DNA of 64,000 bases from Candidatus Falkowbacteria bacterium. GTDB taxonomy: Bacteria; Patescibacteriota; Patescibacteriia; CAIXNZ01. Made by a program: the position numbers and the translations under genes. The notes under the pieces were generated by a model, which worked only from the letters and a program-made list of their open reading frames with translations, did no database searches and was not told where the DNA came from. Below, piece after piece: positions 1-9,269 of the stretch (positions are counted from its first letter, which is position 1; each line of letters starts with the position of its first letter). Where the stretch lies: the NCBI GenBank assembly GCA_963774955.1, contig CAVZGV010000003.1, positions 469,695 to 533,694 of the forward strand, in the 5' to 3' direction.

Positions 1-2
1 CC

Positions 3-1250
3 GCTCTTTTGCATACATTAAGCGATCGTATTAGCCGTCATGCGCCGTTAACCGGGGTAGTTCATGAATTTAAATTTACCACGCCCAGCGGCGCCGGTGA
101 GGCAGGGGATTATATCCGCATCAGCTTTGACGGCGGTTTTGATCTTAGCCAGATTGTTTTTTCCGATGTTACTCTGACTCACGGATCGTTTAGCGGCTTA
201 GAAACCAGTGAGACTGTCGCCGCCGTAGCGTCTGCCACCAGCTGGGGCTTGGCAGTTTCAGGTAACCATATTGATCTGGTTCATCCGACTAATGCGGCCA
301 ACGGCGATATTGCGCCTAATGATATTATTCTCATCAATATCGGTGCAGCCAATAAAATAATTAATCCGGCAGTCATCGGCTCAAAAATTATTGCCCTGGC
401 TATTTATGACAGCGCTGATAATTTGATTGACAGCGGCCGGCTGGCCGTGCCGATTGCTGAAGATCAGATAGGAGTTACAGGCGCGCCTGAGGGCAGTCTG
501 CCGACTCCGGTTATTTTAAATTTTCCATATAACGTAACCACAAATTCCCTGGATCTTGATTGGAGCCAAAATTTTGATTTTAATTTCCACCGTTACGTTT
601 TATATATGGGTACTACTCCGGGTGTAACCGAATTAAACGGGACTTTTTTGCCGATTCCCGGCCAGCTGAACCCGAGTGATCCGAGTGACCAGACAGCGAC
701 TATTTTTAATATTGACGGCTTGGCGCCGTTGCGAACTTATTATTTCGTGGTTTATGTTTATAACACGCTGGGTAACGGCGTTATTTCCAATGAAGTTTCA
801 GCCACAACGCAAAGCAGCGGCAATCCCTGGCCGCCACCTCCGGCTCAGCCGACAATCAATGAGCGGGTCTGCCCGATTTTCTTACCCTCGGTTACAATTG
901 ACGGTACCAAACCGGCCGGTACTACTATTTTTATCAATGGTTATTCCGATTATGTTAATTATCCAACTGATTTAACCTGGAATTCTCTGGTCAGCCTGGG
1001 TCTGGGCAGTAATTTATTTTTGATTTTTGCCCGGGATGCTTACGGCCAAAACAGTCCTTTTTTGACGGCGACTGTTAACCGTTGTGAGGTTGGTGATACC
1101 AATTGCAGCGATGTGATTGATGATTTTGATCTGGCTGGCTTGGCCTATCACTGGAATACCAATTGGTGCTACGCGGATTTTAATGAAGATGGCCTAGTGG
1201 ATGATTTTGATTTGTCTGGGTTGGCTGCGCATTGGGACTCGGTTTATTAA
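3..1250 (+). CDS. Exported surface protein (5'-truncated by window): shared N-terminal beta module + FN3 + Ig-like + C-terminal dockerin-like domain
   Basis: Frame open from base 3. FN3 signature (SLDLDWS...GLAPLRTYYFVVYVYN...SNEVSATT). Duplicated Ca-binding loop GDTNCSDVIDDFDL / ADFNEDGLVDDFDL is typical of dockerin type I. Confidence 0.75.
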   Translation, partial: ALLHTLSDRISRHAPLTGVVHEFKFTTPSGAGEAGDYIRISFDGGFDLSQIVFSDVTLTHGSFSGLETSETVAAVASATSWGLAVSGNHIDLVHPTNAANGDIAPNDIILINIGAANKIINPAVIGSKIIALAIYDSADNLIDSGRLAVPIAEDQIGVTGAPEGSLPTPVILNFPYNVTTNSLDLDWSQNFDFNFHRYVLYMGTTPGVTELNGTFLPIPGQLNPSDPSDQTATIFNIDGLAPLRTYYFVVYVYNTLGNGVISNEVSATTQSSGNPWPPPPAQPTINERVCPIFLPSVTIDGTKPAGTTIFINGYSDYVNYPTDLTWNSLVSLGLGSNLFLIFARDAYGQNSPFLTATVNRCEVGDTNCSDVIDDFDLAGLAYHWNTNWCYADFNEDGLVDDFDLSGLAAHWDSVY

Positions 1251-1328
1251 ATTTAAAATAAAATATAAAAAAGAAAATATGATTGATGTGAATCAAAATT
1301 TTAATCTAAAATCCATAATCTAACACCC

Positions 1329-3896
1329 ATGAATAAACTTTCGAAATTAATTTTAGCCTTGATATTCTTCAGTCTTTTTGTCCCGATTATTCCGGCTCAA
1401 GCAGCTGGGGCGGCTATTTTCAGGTTGACTTCGGTTAAAACCGATTATTATGTTGGTGATAATATTTATATTGACGTGATGGTTGAACCTAACGGTGAAT
1501 CAATTAATACCGTCCGATTAATTTCTGATTTTACCGGTTCCGGGGTTTTGCAAATCAATGATTTTAATCTCGGTACTGCCTGGCCGTTTCAGAGTCCGGG
1601 AGAAGAATTAAATAATACGACTCAGCATATTAATGTCGGCGGTTTCATCCTGGTCAGCAGTGTCAGTACAAACAGTAAGTTTGGGACTTTGATTTTCAGG
1701 GCCAATGCTGTCGGCACCTCAACCATAAATATTTCCACTGGTTCCCATTTAATTTCCCCGGATCAGATTGAAAGATTAGATCTGGCTGCCAGTCAAAATA
1801 TTACCATCAATGTTTTAGGCGCTTTACCACAGCCGAATCAAGCCCCGGTTTTTGATCCGGTTGGTACAAAAACCATTGATCTGAGCCAAAATGTCAGTTT
1901 CCATGTCCGCGCCAATGATCCGGACGGCGATAATGTGGTTTTAACCGCTGATATTCCGGCTGACGCTGTTTTTAGTAATATTACTTCAGGTCCAGTCGCC
2001 GAAGGTGATTTTATCTGGACGCCCACAGCCAATGGCAGTTATGCTTTGAAATTTTATGCCACTGATGATAACAGCCAGGGTGTCAAAATCGGTAGTCTGA
2101 CAGTGAATGTCAATGTTTCTGTGCCTGTGCCTGTAGCTAATGTCGCTCCGATTTTTCAGCCGGTTGCCAATAGGTCAGTTGAAATAGGACAAACAGTCAG
2201 CTTTCATGTTCAGGCGACTGATCCGGACGGGGATTTGGTAAATTTGACTTGGACAATTCCGACAGGCTCAACTTTCATTAATGTCGTCAATAATGCGACC
2301 ATTGTCAGCGGTGATTTCAGTTGGACTCCGGATAGTCAAGGTGTTTATACTGTGACTTTTTTGGCTGAGGATAATAATCCGACTGAGCCCAAGATCCGAA
2401 CTTTATCCGTCAGTATCGGCGTTTCCGTCCCGCCCAATCATACTCCGGTTTTTGAAGCCATTACTGAAAAAACAGTTAATGCCAATGATACTTTAACTTT
2501 CAATGTTTCAGCCACGGATCCTGACGGTGATCAGGTGATTTTGAGCATGGAAAAATTGGAAAGCGCCACCTTAACTCCAATCAGCAACGGAGTAACTTCA
2601 ACTTCTGCTTTTAGCTGGAAGCCTCAGAATTTTGGTATATACTATGCGGTCTTTAAAGCTCTGGATGATAATCTTAATCCGCTAGAAAGCACCAAAACCG
2701 TGCGGATTACAGTTTTTGGCGGCCAGTGTCCGCCCTGTAGCGGAGGCGGCGGAGGCATTGGTAACGTTTGTCCTATACCACAATGCCAAGAACAGATATT
2801 TGATAAACCGCTGGTAAAGAGTTTACCGATCATAAATTCGGTTACCCATCCCAATCAGGTAAGCTGGTACAGTAATAATATGCCCAAATTTACCTGGGAT
2901 ATTGCTGAACAAAATTTAGGCTATACCTTTAATCTTGACCAAAACCCTTTGTCTGATCCCTCAGTCGGTTATTTCTTTTCCGAGGATAGGGTTTTTTCTT
3001 TCAGCGAACTTCAAGACGGCTTTTGGTATTTTCATTTGAAAGTCAAGTACAGCGATGGTTATGGCCCGACTGCTCATTTTGCAGTTAAGATCGATACCAC
3101 GGCACCGGATCTTTTTCTGCCCAGCATTGAAGGCAATAAAATATATTTTTCCGCTATTGATAAATATTCAGGGCTGGCCTATTTTGAAATAAAGCTGGAT
3201 GACGGCCAGTGGCAAAAAATCCAGAGTCCGTATCAGCTGACAGAAGCAGATAAGCAGGGCCAGATTCTGACTCTGCGAGCGGTGGATAAAGCCGGCAATG
3301 TGATTGAGTCCAGAATTGATTTGCCGAAAATGGAAGTGATCAAAGAAGAACAGAAAAAATATATTATCAATCAGCCGGAATTTGTGGTCGCAGTGCCTGT
3401 TATCACTCAAGTTGAATATCCCATAGTCCGTGGCCAGTCTTTGGCCGGCGCCAAAATTTATCTGTTTATTTCCGCTGAACCGCAAATAATTATTTATACT
3501 TTAGCTGATTATCAGGGTAACTGGCTGGCTTATATTGATCCGGCATTAACCCCGGGCAAATATAGCGTTTATGCTATTGCCAATTATAATAATCTAGATT
3601 CCCAGCCATCGGAAAAAGTTTATTTTACCGCAGCCGAAACTGGAATCGTCCCAGCCGGAAAATTTAAATTTCCCTTTCAATGGCCTTCTATACCTTTGAA
3701 TATGGATACGCTGGCTTTATTGGCAGGAACGGTGGCTGCCGCGTCTTTATTGTTACTTGGGGCAATCAAGGGTATAAAATTTGTTATTAAACAGATTATT
3801 TATAGAATAAAAGACTTGTGGGAAAATTTTAAACTTGAGGGCAGAGTGAGCGAAATACAAAAAAAATTAAAAAATTATGGTCGTAAAAAGAAATAA
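1329..3896 (+). CDS. Membrane-anchored surface protein: cohesin-like domain + 3 cadherin/Ig-like repeats + Ig domains + C-terminal TM
   Basis: Signal peptide (AQA). VGDNIYIDVMV...FGTLIFRANAVGTSTINIS is cohesin-like. Three N-x-[AT]-P-[VI]-F...A[NT]DPDGD repeats. Hydrophobic C-terminal helix followed by a basic tail. Confidence 0.75.
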   Translation: MNKLSKLILALIFFSLFVPIIPAQAAGAAIFRLTSVKTDYYVGDNIYIDVMVEPNGESINTVRLISDFTGSGVLQINDFNLGTAWPFQSPGEELNNTTQHINVGGFILVSSVSTNSKFGTLIFRANAVGTSTINISTGSHLISPDQIERLDLAASQNITINVLGALPQPNQAPVFDPVGTKTIDLSQNVSFHVRANDPDGDNVVLTADIPADAVFSNITSGPVAEGDFIWTPTANGSYALKFYATDDNSQGVKIGSLTVNVNVSVPVPVANVAPIFQPVANRSVEIGQTVSFHVQATDPDGDLVNLTWTIPTGSTFINVVNNATIVSGDFSWTPDSQGVYTVTFLAEDNNPTEPKIRTLSVSIGVSVPPNHTPVFEAITEKTVNANDTLTFNVSATDPDGDQVILSMEKLESATLTPISNGVTSTSAFSWKPQNFGIYYAVFKALDDNLNPLESTKTVRITVFGGQCPPCSGGGGGIGNVCPIPQCQEQIFDKPLVKSLPIINSVTHPNQVSWYSNNMPKFTWDIAEQNLGYTFNLDQNPLSDPSVGYFFSEDRVFSFSELQDGFWYFHLKVKYSDGYGPTAHFAVKIDTTAPDLFLPSIEGNKIYFSAIDKYSGLAYFEIKLDDGQWQKIQSPYQLTEADKQGQILTLRAVDKAGNVIESRIDLPKMEVIKEEQKKYIINQPEFVVAVPVITQVEYPIVRGQSLAGAKIYLFISAEPQIIIYTLADYQGNWLAYIDPALTPGKYSVYAIANYNNLDSQPSEKVYFTAAETGIVPAGKFKFPFQWPSIPLNMDTLALLAGTVAAASLLLLGAIKGIKFVIKQIIYRIKDLWENFKLEGRVSEIQKKLKNYGRKKK

Positions 3897-4623
3897 TAAA
3901 ATTGAGCGGATTAAAAGTCAGGCAAAATTATACGGTAAAATATTTGCTTTGGCTTTGGTTTTGACTCTGGCCCATGAGTCAATCGCCGGCATGTCTAGTG
4001 ATAAATATCAGATTTGGCTGGACACTCTGGATGCTGGCGGGGGCATGACCAATAGTTCAGGCTTTAAAGTTGATTCCAATTTATCAGATTTTGCAGCCAG
4101 TGAGAGTGAGAGTGAGAATTTTACCCAGAAAATTGCTTTTTCCGGGATTGAAGGGGAGCCGACAGTTGGATTTAACGTTGAGACTGTAAGCCTTGATTTT
4201 GGCGAACTTTCGCCAAGAATAACTCGTTATTCCACACATGCTTTTTCTGCTTTTACCAATGCCAAAGAAGGTTATACCATCAAGGTTTATGGTCAGTCTT
4301 TGCATTCAGCCGATTATACTATTGCTGCGATTGGCGCCACAGCTTCAGTCTTGACCATTGGCAACGAGCAATTTGGTCTCAATCTGGTAAGAAATACTTT
4401 GCCGGCTTTAGGCGCTGAGCCCAGCGGTGGCAATGGTCAGGCAGCTGCCAATTATGACCAAGTCAATGAATTTGCATTTAATGATGGTGACACAATTGCT
4501 TATGCCACCAGTTATTCATATCAGACAGACTTTACAGTTACGGCTATAGTCAATATTGCTGATGACACTCCGGCCGGCTCATATGGAACTGTTTTAACTT
4601 ACGAATTCATTCCTGTTTTTTAA
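3877..4623 (+). CDS. Exported protein carrying a divergent copy of the shared WxL/pilin-like C-terminal domain
   Basis: N-terminal hydrophobic segment. EPTVGF...LDFGELSP...FTNAKEGY...EQFGLNL...TPAGSYGTVLTYEFIPVF parallels the neighbouring paralogues. Confidence 0.7.
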   Translation: MVVKRNNKIERIKSQAKLYGKIFALALVLTLAHESIAGMSSDKYQIWLDTLDAGGGMTNSSGFKVDSNLSDFAASESESENFTQKIAFSGIEGEPTVGFNVETVSLDFGELSPRITRYSTHAFSAFTNAKEGYTIKVYGQSLHSADYTIAAIGATASVLTIGNEQFGLNLVRNTLPALGAEPSGGNGQAAANYDQVNEFAFNDGDTIAYATSYSYQTDFTVTAIVNIADDTPAGSYGTVLTYEFIPVF

Positions 4624-4949
4624 AATTTACTTCCATAGTTTTGAGTTCTAAATTTTTAGTTATTAGTTATCAAAACTCATAGATGAGACTGCTCAATTCG
4701 CTAAAATCTTGGGAGCAAGCGTTCTTACGTTACGAGGCAAGAGGGAATAATGGATTTATAGTTATACCCGAATATTTTCTTTTTTCTATTTAATCTTTGA
4801 TTTGACCGAACTTATCCACAGATTTTCTTTGCTAACCCAAAACAAAACTATTATTTTGTGGTATACTATAAACAGCAGGTAAGTACCTGTGGATTAATTT
4901 TTTTAAAAATAAATATTTAATAAATATAAATTACTTAATTAAATTTTTT

Positions 4950-6098
4950 ATGAAGAAATATTTTCGTTTTCTTTCATTGTTAACCATAATTGCGATTGTG
5001 GCTTCAATGTCATTACTTGCTCCTTTATCCGTAAATGCCGGCAGTTTGACCGAGATTCAGGTTTCATTAAGCAGTTACGATGTCTCTTCGTTAGCTGATC
5101 CTGTAGATGTTAATTTGACTGCCAATGTTACTTTAGCAACGCAGTTAAGCGGAACAGCTGGAGATAAAGTCGTTATTACTTTTAATGAATATGAGGCAGC
5201 AATGGAAAATCAATTTTTAATTGATGAAGCCAGTTTAGTTGCCGGAGATATAACTTTAAGTTGTGATACTGATGATTTAGCTGTTGATAGCATCGTTGCA
5301 GATGACGGCGCTGGTACTGCTTCAGGTATCATTACCATCACAACAGCAGCTGGTAGTACGGTTGATGTATGCGATCCGGCCAGTGTTTTGACAATTGCAA
5401 TTGCCAATGCAAGAATCAGGACTCCGTATACTGCTGATACAACGCCTCCTAGCGGGTACAGAATTAAGTTTGAAACTACAGATACTACCAATGCATTGGA
5501 AGATTCAGGTACAGCGGCAGTTTTTATAAATGATGTGGGAGCTAATCAGGTGCTGATAACTGGTACGGTTGATCCGGTTTTAACTATGAGTCTAAACACT
5601 AATGCTTGTGATCTGGGTGTTTTAACGAAGGATCAGGCTAGAACTTGTTCTTACACAGTAACAGTTGGTACTAACGCTGATTTGGGCTATGGCGCTTATA
5701 TTCAATCAGACGGTGAACTTGATGATAATATTACCTTAGCAAAAATTCAGAGCGAGGCGGATGGAGATGATAATGATCAAATTGATAATGATGCTCTATT
5801 GAGCGCTTCAGAATACGGTATTGGCGTAGAGACAACAGATACAATTGATTTTTATCCTGATTTTACCACCACCGGCTATGGTACTTGCGCTGCAGCAGCT
5901 GATGCTGGTTTAACTTATGATATTCCTGTCGGTTCATTAGACTCCGGCACCGCGAACAGATTTGCTTATTCTACTGATCCGGTTGATGCCACGACCTCAG
6001 GTATAACCACTCTTTGTCATGTGGCCAGAATTTCCGGTGACCAGCCTTCAGGTAATTTCACTCAGACAGTAACCATTACTGTTGTCGGTAATTTCTAA
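4950..6098 (+). CDS. Exported acidic protein with shared C-terminal 'GNF' domain (candidate major subunit)
   Basis: Signal peptide ending VNA. C-terminal domain QVLITGTVDP...CDLGVL...CSY...TNADLGY...EYGIG...PSGNFTQTVTITVVGNF. Has its own upstream promoter region. Confidence 0.75.
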   Translation: MKKYFRFLSLLTIIAIVASMSLLAPLSVNAGSLTEIQVSLSSYDVSSLADPVDVNLTANVTLATQLSGTAGDKVVITFNEYEAAMENQFLIDEASLVAGDITLSCDTDDLAVDSIVADDGAGTASGIITITTAAGSTVDVCDPASVLTIAIANARIRTPYTADTTPPSGYRIKFETTDTTNALEDSGTAAVFINDVGANQVLITGTVDPVLTMSLNTNACDLGVLTKDQARTCSYTVTVGTNADLGYGAYIQSDGELDDNITLAKIQSEADGDDNDQIDNDALLSASEYGIGVETTDTIDFYPDFTTTGYGTCAAAADAGLTYDIPVGSLDSGTANRFAYSTDPVDATTSGITTLCHVARISGDQPSGNFTQTVTITVVGNF

Positions 6099-6149
6099 AA
6101 TAAAAAATTATTAATTAATATATAAAAATAATAATTAAGAAAGGGGTAT

Positions 6150-7151
6150 ATGAAAACAAAAAAAATATTGAGTTTGTTTGTCGCCTTTATCGTCTTGGGA
6201 GCTTTAGTGATGCCATTGGCCAGTAATGCCTTGACAGTTTCGCCTCCGATCATTGAAATTGACGCTAAAAAGGGGGATGTAATTAATCAGGTTTTGAAAG
6301 TCAAGAATGAAGGTGCCGAGAACGCAGTTTACTACCTGAGTTCACAAAAGTTTATTGCTGCAGGTGAAACAGGCGCGCCGCAATTTGTCGAAGGCCAGGC
6401 TGAAGATGTTGATTTGGCATCTTGGATTAAGTTCGGGATTACCAGTATCACTATTCCGGCCGGTCAGACAGTTGAATTACCGTTTACTATCGTGGTACCG
6501 CAATTTGCCGGACCTGGTGGACATTACGCAGCTATCTTTTTAGGCACAGTGCCTCCAAATGCCGCAGGTGATGCTTCACAAGTAGCAGTGGCCAGCAGAG
6601 TTGGCGCCTTAGTCCTGGTAAAAATCGCCGGTGAAATCAAAGAAAGCGCTGAATTGTCAGAATTTGGTACAGTTGCATCATCTTATGCTTCATTACCTGT
6701 AGATTTTAATATCAGAATTAAAAACAGCGGTAATGTTCATTTGAAACCAAGCGGCAGTATTTTGATCAAAAACATGTTTGGATCAGTTGCCGGAAAAGTA
6801 ACTGTTAATGAAACAGGCGGTAATATTTTACCTGATCAGATCCGTAAATTTGACGCTTCCTGGGTCAAAAATGCCAATGCTATGGGAGCGACTACTTTCT
6901 GGGGCAAGTATCGTCAGGAAAAAGAAAATTATGCCTTTGGTAACTATACAGCTGATATTTTGCTGGCTTACGGCACGGCAGGTAGAACCTTAAATGCCAG
7001 TACCAGTTTCTGGGTTATACCCTGGCATGTAATTATCGTTAATTTGATAGTCATTGTCTTAGTGGTTATAATTTTGTACTTCTTAGTCAAGAAATATAAT
7101 GCCTGGTTGATTGCCAAAGCCAGAAAAACCGAGAAAAAATCTAAAAAATAA
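6150..7151 (+). CDS. DUF916/DUF3324-type (WxL-interacting) membrane-anchored protein with two Ig-like domains
   Basis: LTVSPPIIEI...SWIKF...ITIPAGQTVELPFTIVVP...PGGHYAAIF and IKNSGNVHLKPSG motifs. C-terminal TM plus Lys-rich tail. Confidence 0.75.
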   Translation: MKTKKILSLFVAFIVLGALVMPLASNALTVSPPIIEIDAKKGDVINQVLKVKNEGAENAVYYLSSQKFIAAGETGAPQFVEGQAEDVDLASWIKFGITSITIPAGQTVELPFTIVVPQFAGPGGHYAAIFLGTVPPNAAGDASQVAVASRVGALVLVKIAGEIKESAELSEFGTVASSYASLPVDFNIRIKNSGNVHLKPSGSILIKNMFGSVAGKVTVNETGGNILPDQIRKFDASWVKNANAMGATTFWGKYRQEKENYAFGNYTADILLAYGTAGRTLNASTSFWVIPWHVIIVNLIVIVLVVIILYFLVKKYNAWLIAKARKTEKKSKK

Positions 7152-7188
7152 GTTAGAATTTTGACATCATTGAAATAGAACATTTACA

Positions 7189-7220
7189 AAGAGGGACTGT
7201 GTATATACATTGTCCCTCTT
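7189..7220 (+). terminator. Stem-loop after the DUF916-like gene
   Basis: AAGAGGGAC...GTCCCTCTT inverted repeat. Confidence 0.55.
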
Positions 7221-7274
7221 ATGGTTTTATTGGTAGGTTTATTGGCAAAGCCCTGTTTGTTTGGTTGTTCTTGA

Positions 7275-7764
7275 AAACTAAGAACTAAAAACTTTGATGT
7301 AATAACTTTAAAAAATAGATAATAATTAATAACTAAGATGTAAGAACTATGGAAGCGGAAGCAAATTTAAAATCTGATTTGAGGTATAGAACTTATAATT
7401 TTTCAATTTCAGTCATTAGATTTATAGGGGATTTACCCGAGAAAAAAGTATTTTGGGTTATTTCGGATCAGCTTTTAAGGTCGTCAACTTCTATCGGCGC
7501 TAATATCGTTGAAGCCAAAGCATCCTCATCACGTAAGGAATTTATCAGATATTACCAAATTGCCTTAAAGTCAGCCCACGAAACCAATTACTGGCTAAGC
7601 CTTCTAAACGACGCTACTGATATAAATAAAGATAGAGTATTGGTTTTAATTAAAGAGTTAGATGAAATAATAAAAATGTTGACCGCCAGTATACTAACCC
7701 TAAAGAATAAGCAGTTTTAAGTTTTTAGTTGGGTTCTTAGATATTACATATTAGTTCTTAGTTT
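7275..7764. repeat. Inverted repeats enclosing the four-helix-bundle gene
   Basis: AAACTAAGAACTAA (7275-7288) / TTAGTTCTTAGTTT (7751-7764); ATGTAATA (7297-7304) / TATTACAT (7742-7749). Confidence 0.7.
7349..7720 (+). CDS. Four helix bundle protein (23S rRNA intervening-sequence protein family, TIGR02436-like)
   Basis: QLLRSSTSIGANIVEA...SRKEFIRYYQIALKSAHETNYWL family signature. Confidence 0.9.
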   Translation: MEAEANLKSDLRYRTYNFSISVIRFIGDLPEKKVFWVISDQLLRSSTSIGANIVEAKASSSRKEFIRYYQIALKSAHETNYWLSLLNDATDINKDRVLVLIKELDEIIKMLTASILTLKNKQF

Positions 7765-7772
7765 AACTAAAA

Positions 7773-8171
7773 ATGCGCAAAATCATTTCATTAATTATCA
7801 TAGCAGTAGTATTAAATCTGACCATTTTATCCATTACCCACGGCCAGTCAAATGTTAGTATTGGGGGCATTGTGCCGGTAACTGATTTAAATAGAAACAG
7901 TCCCAGACAGCAGATTAATGTCAAAAATCAAAATCCTGCTACCGGTGAAAATAAGTATTTATACTTTTTTGAAAAGACTTTGGGCTTGGAAACAGAAGCA
8001 GGGAAAAATCCTGACGCAGCCACAGCTGAGGGTCAGACTGTCCATGATCGGATTTTTAGTTCTTTGCTTTTGTGGCTATTAATGATAATTGTTGCGGTTT
8101 TGGTAATTATAATTTTAAAAATGTTTGATCGTGTATTTTTCAAATTACCTAAAAGCCGAAGGAAATTATGA
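7773..8171 (+). CDS. Small exported protein with C-terminal membrane anchor
   Basis: Signal-like N-terminus, SNVSIGGIVP strand, low-complexity linker, TM helix and basic tail. Overlaps the next gene (ATGA). Confidence 0.65.
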   Translation: MRKIISLIIIAVVLNLTILSITHGQSNVSIGGIVPVTDLNRNSPRQQINVKNQNPATGENKYLYFFEKTLGLETEAGKNPDAATAEGQTVHDRIFSSLLLWLLMIIVAVLVIIILKMFDRVFFKLPKSRRKL

Positions 8172-9226
8172 AGTTAAATAAAAAAAATAAAATCAAAAAA
8201 TACACCCATCACCCTATAATGTTGTTGTTATTAGTATCGTTATTGTATTTAACTTTACATCAGGCTAAGGCTGGTTTGGTGGCTAGTTTTAGCGATGAAT
8301 TAAGTAGTCAGACTATTAGCACTGCTGCCAACCATACAGTTAATTTTACTAATTCGTCCGTTTTTAGTCCTGATAAAACCTTGGAGTTATATTTTGAAAG
8401 CGGTTTTGATCTTACGCAGATTGATTATACTGATATTGATTTATTGGCTGATGACGTAAATAAAAATTTAGGTTCGGTTCCGGGCACAGGGGTGGGTAGT
8501 AATATCGGAGTTACGATTTCAGGACAGACCATTATTTTTACCCAAAATGATACTGATACGATTGCGGCCGGATCAGTGATTACTATTAAAGTCGGGGCCA
8601 ATGCTTCCCATCAGACTATTGGTGATCAGCAAATATATAATCCTGAAACTGCAGAGGTTTATTATATAAGTTTATCAGGGAGCTTTGGTGATATGGGCAC
8701 AATTTCCGTTCAGATTTTGACTACTGATACTGTGGGCTTTAAAGCCACGATTGAACCAAGTTTGAGTTTTGAATTACGCAATAGCGATGACACCGGTTAT
8801 TTCCAGGGCTGTAATTTCGGGGTCGTTTCACCCAGTATAGTCAGTCAATGTTCGTATCGGCTGGCAGCTGAGACCAATTTGACCTCAGGTTTTCAGATTT
8901 TTATAGATTCAGACGGTAATTTGCGCAATGCCAACAGCTCAATTGCTAATGTTGAGGAGGACCATATAGTCGCAGCCGGAACAGAAGGTTATGGACTGGC
9001 TTTGGTGGCCGCAACCGGTCTGACCGAGGCAGGGGATTTCAATGATGATGACACCCCGATTTCATCCACAGGTACGCTTTTAGTAAGTTCAAATTTAGTG
9101 TATAATTACATACAAGGAGACTTATCCACAAGTAGTCTAATTACCCAAAAATTAGCAGTTTCCCGGATAACACTTCCTGGTTATTATAACCAGAGAATTT
9201 CTTATTCCATTTTGGGAAATTTTTAA
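8168..9226 (+). CDS. Exported protein: N-terminal beta module + shared C-terminal 'GNF' domain
   Basis: Signal peptide AKA. Ends LPGYYNQRISYSILGNF. N-module is homologous to that of ORF 3-1250. Confidence 0.75.
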   Translation: MKLNKKNKIKKYTHHPIMLLLLVSLLYLTLHQAKAGLVASFSDELSSQTISTAANHTVNFTNSSVFSPDKTLELYFESGFDLTQIDYTDIDLLADDVNKNLGSVPGTGVGSNIGVTISGQTIIFTQNDTDTIAAGSVITIKVGANASHQTIGDQQIYNPETAEVYYISLSGSFGDMGTISVQILTTDTVGFKATIEPSLSFELRNSDDTGYFQGCNFGVVSPSIVSQCSYRLAAETNLTSGFQIFIDSDGNLRNANSSIANVEEDHIVAAGTEGYGLALVAATGLTEAGDFNDDDTPISSTGTLLVSSNLVYNYIQGDLSTSSLITQKLAVSRITLPGYYNQRISYSILGNF

Positions 9227-9269
9227 AAATATTTTATTAATATATAAATTCTAATAATTTTTTAAAATT

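Noticed and set aside
4684-4755. Riboswitch upstream of the 4950 gene
   Set aside because: Slightly GC-richer patch, but I could not match a known aptamer or a convincing fold.
4812-4949. Replication origin (DnaA boxes + AT-rich tract)
   Set aside because: Only two boxes, no dnaA/dnaN nearby, and similar boxes recur at other promoters.
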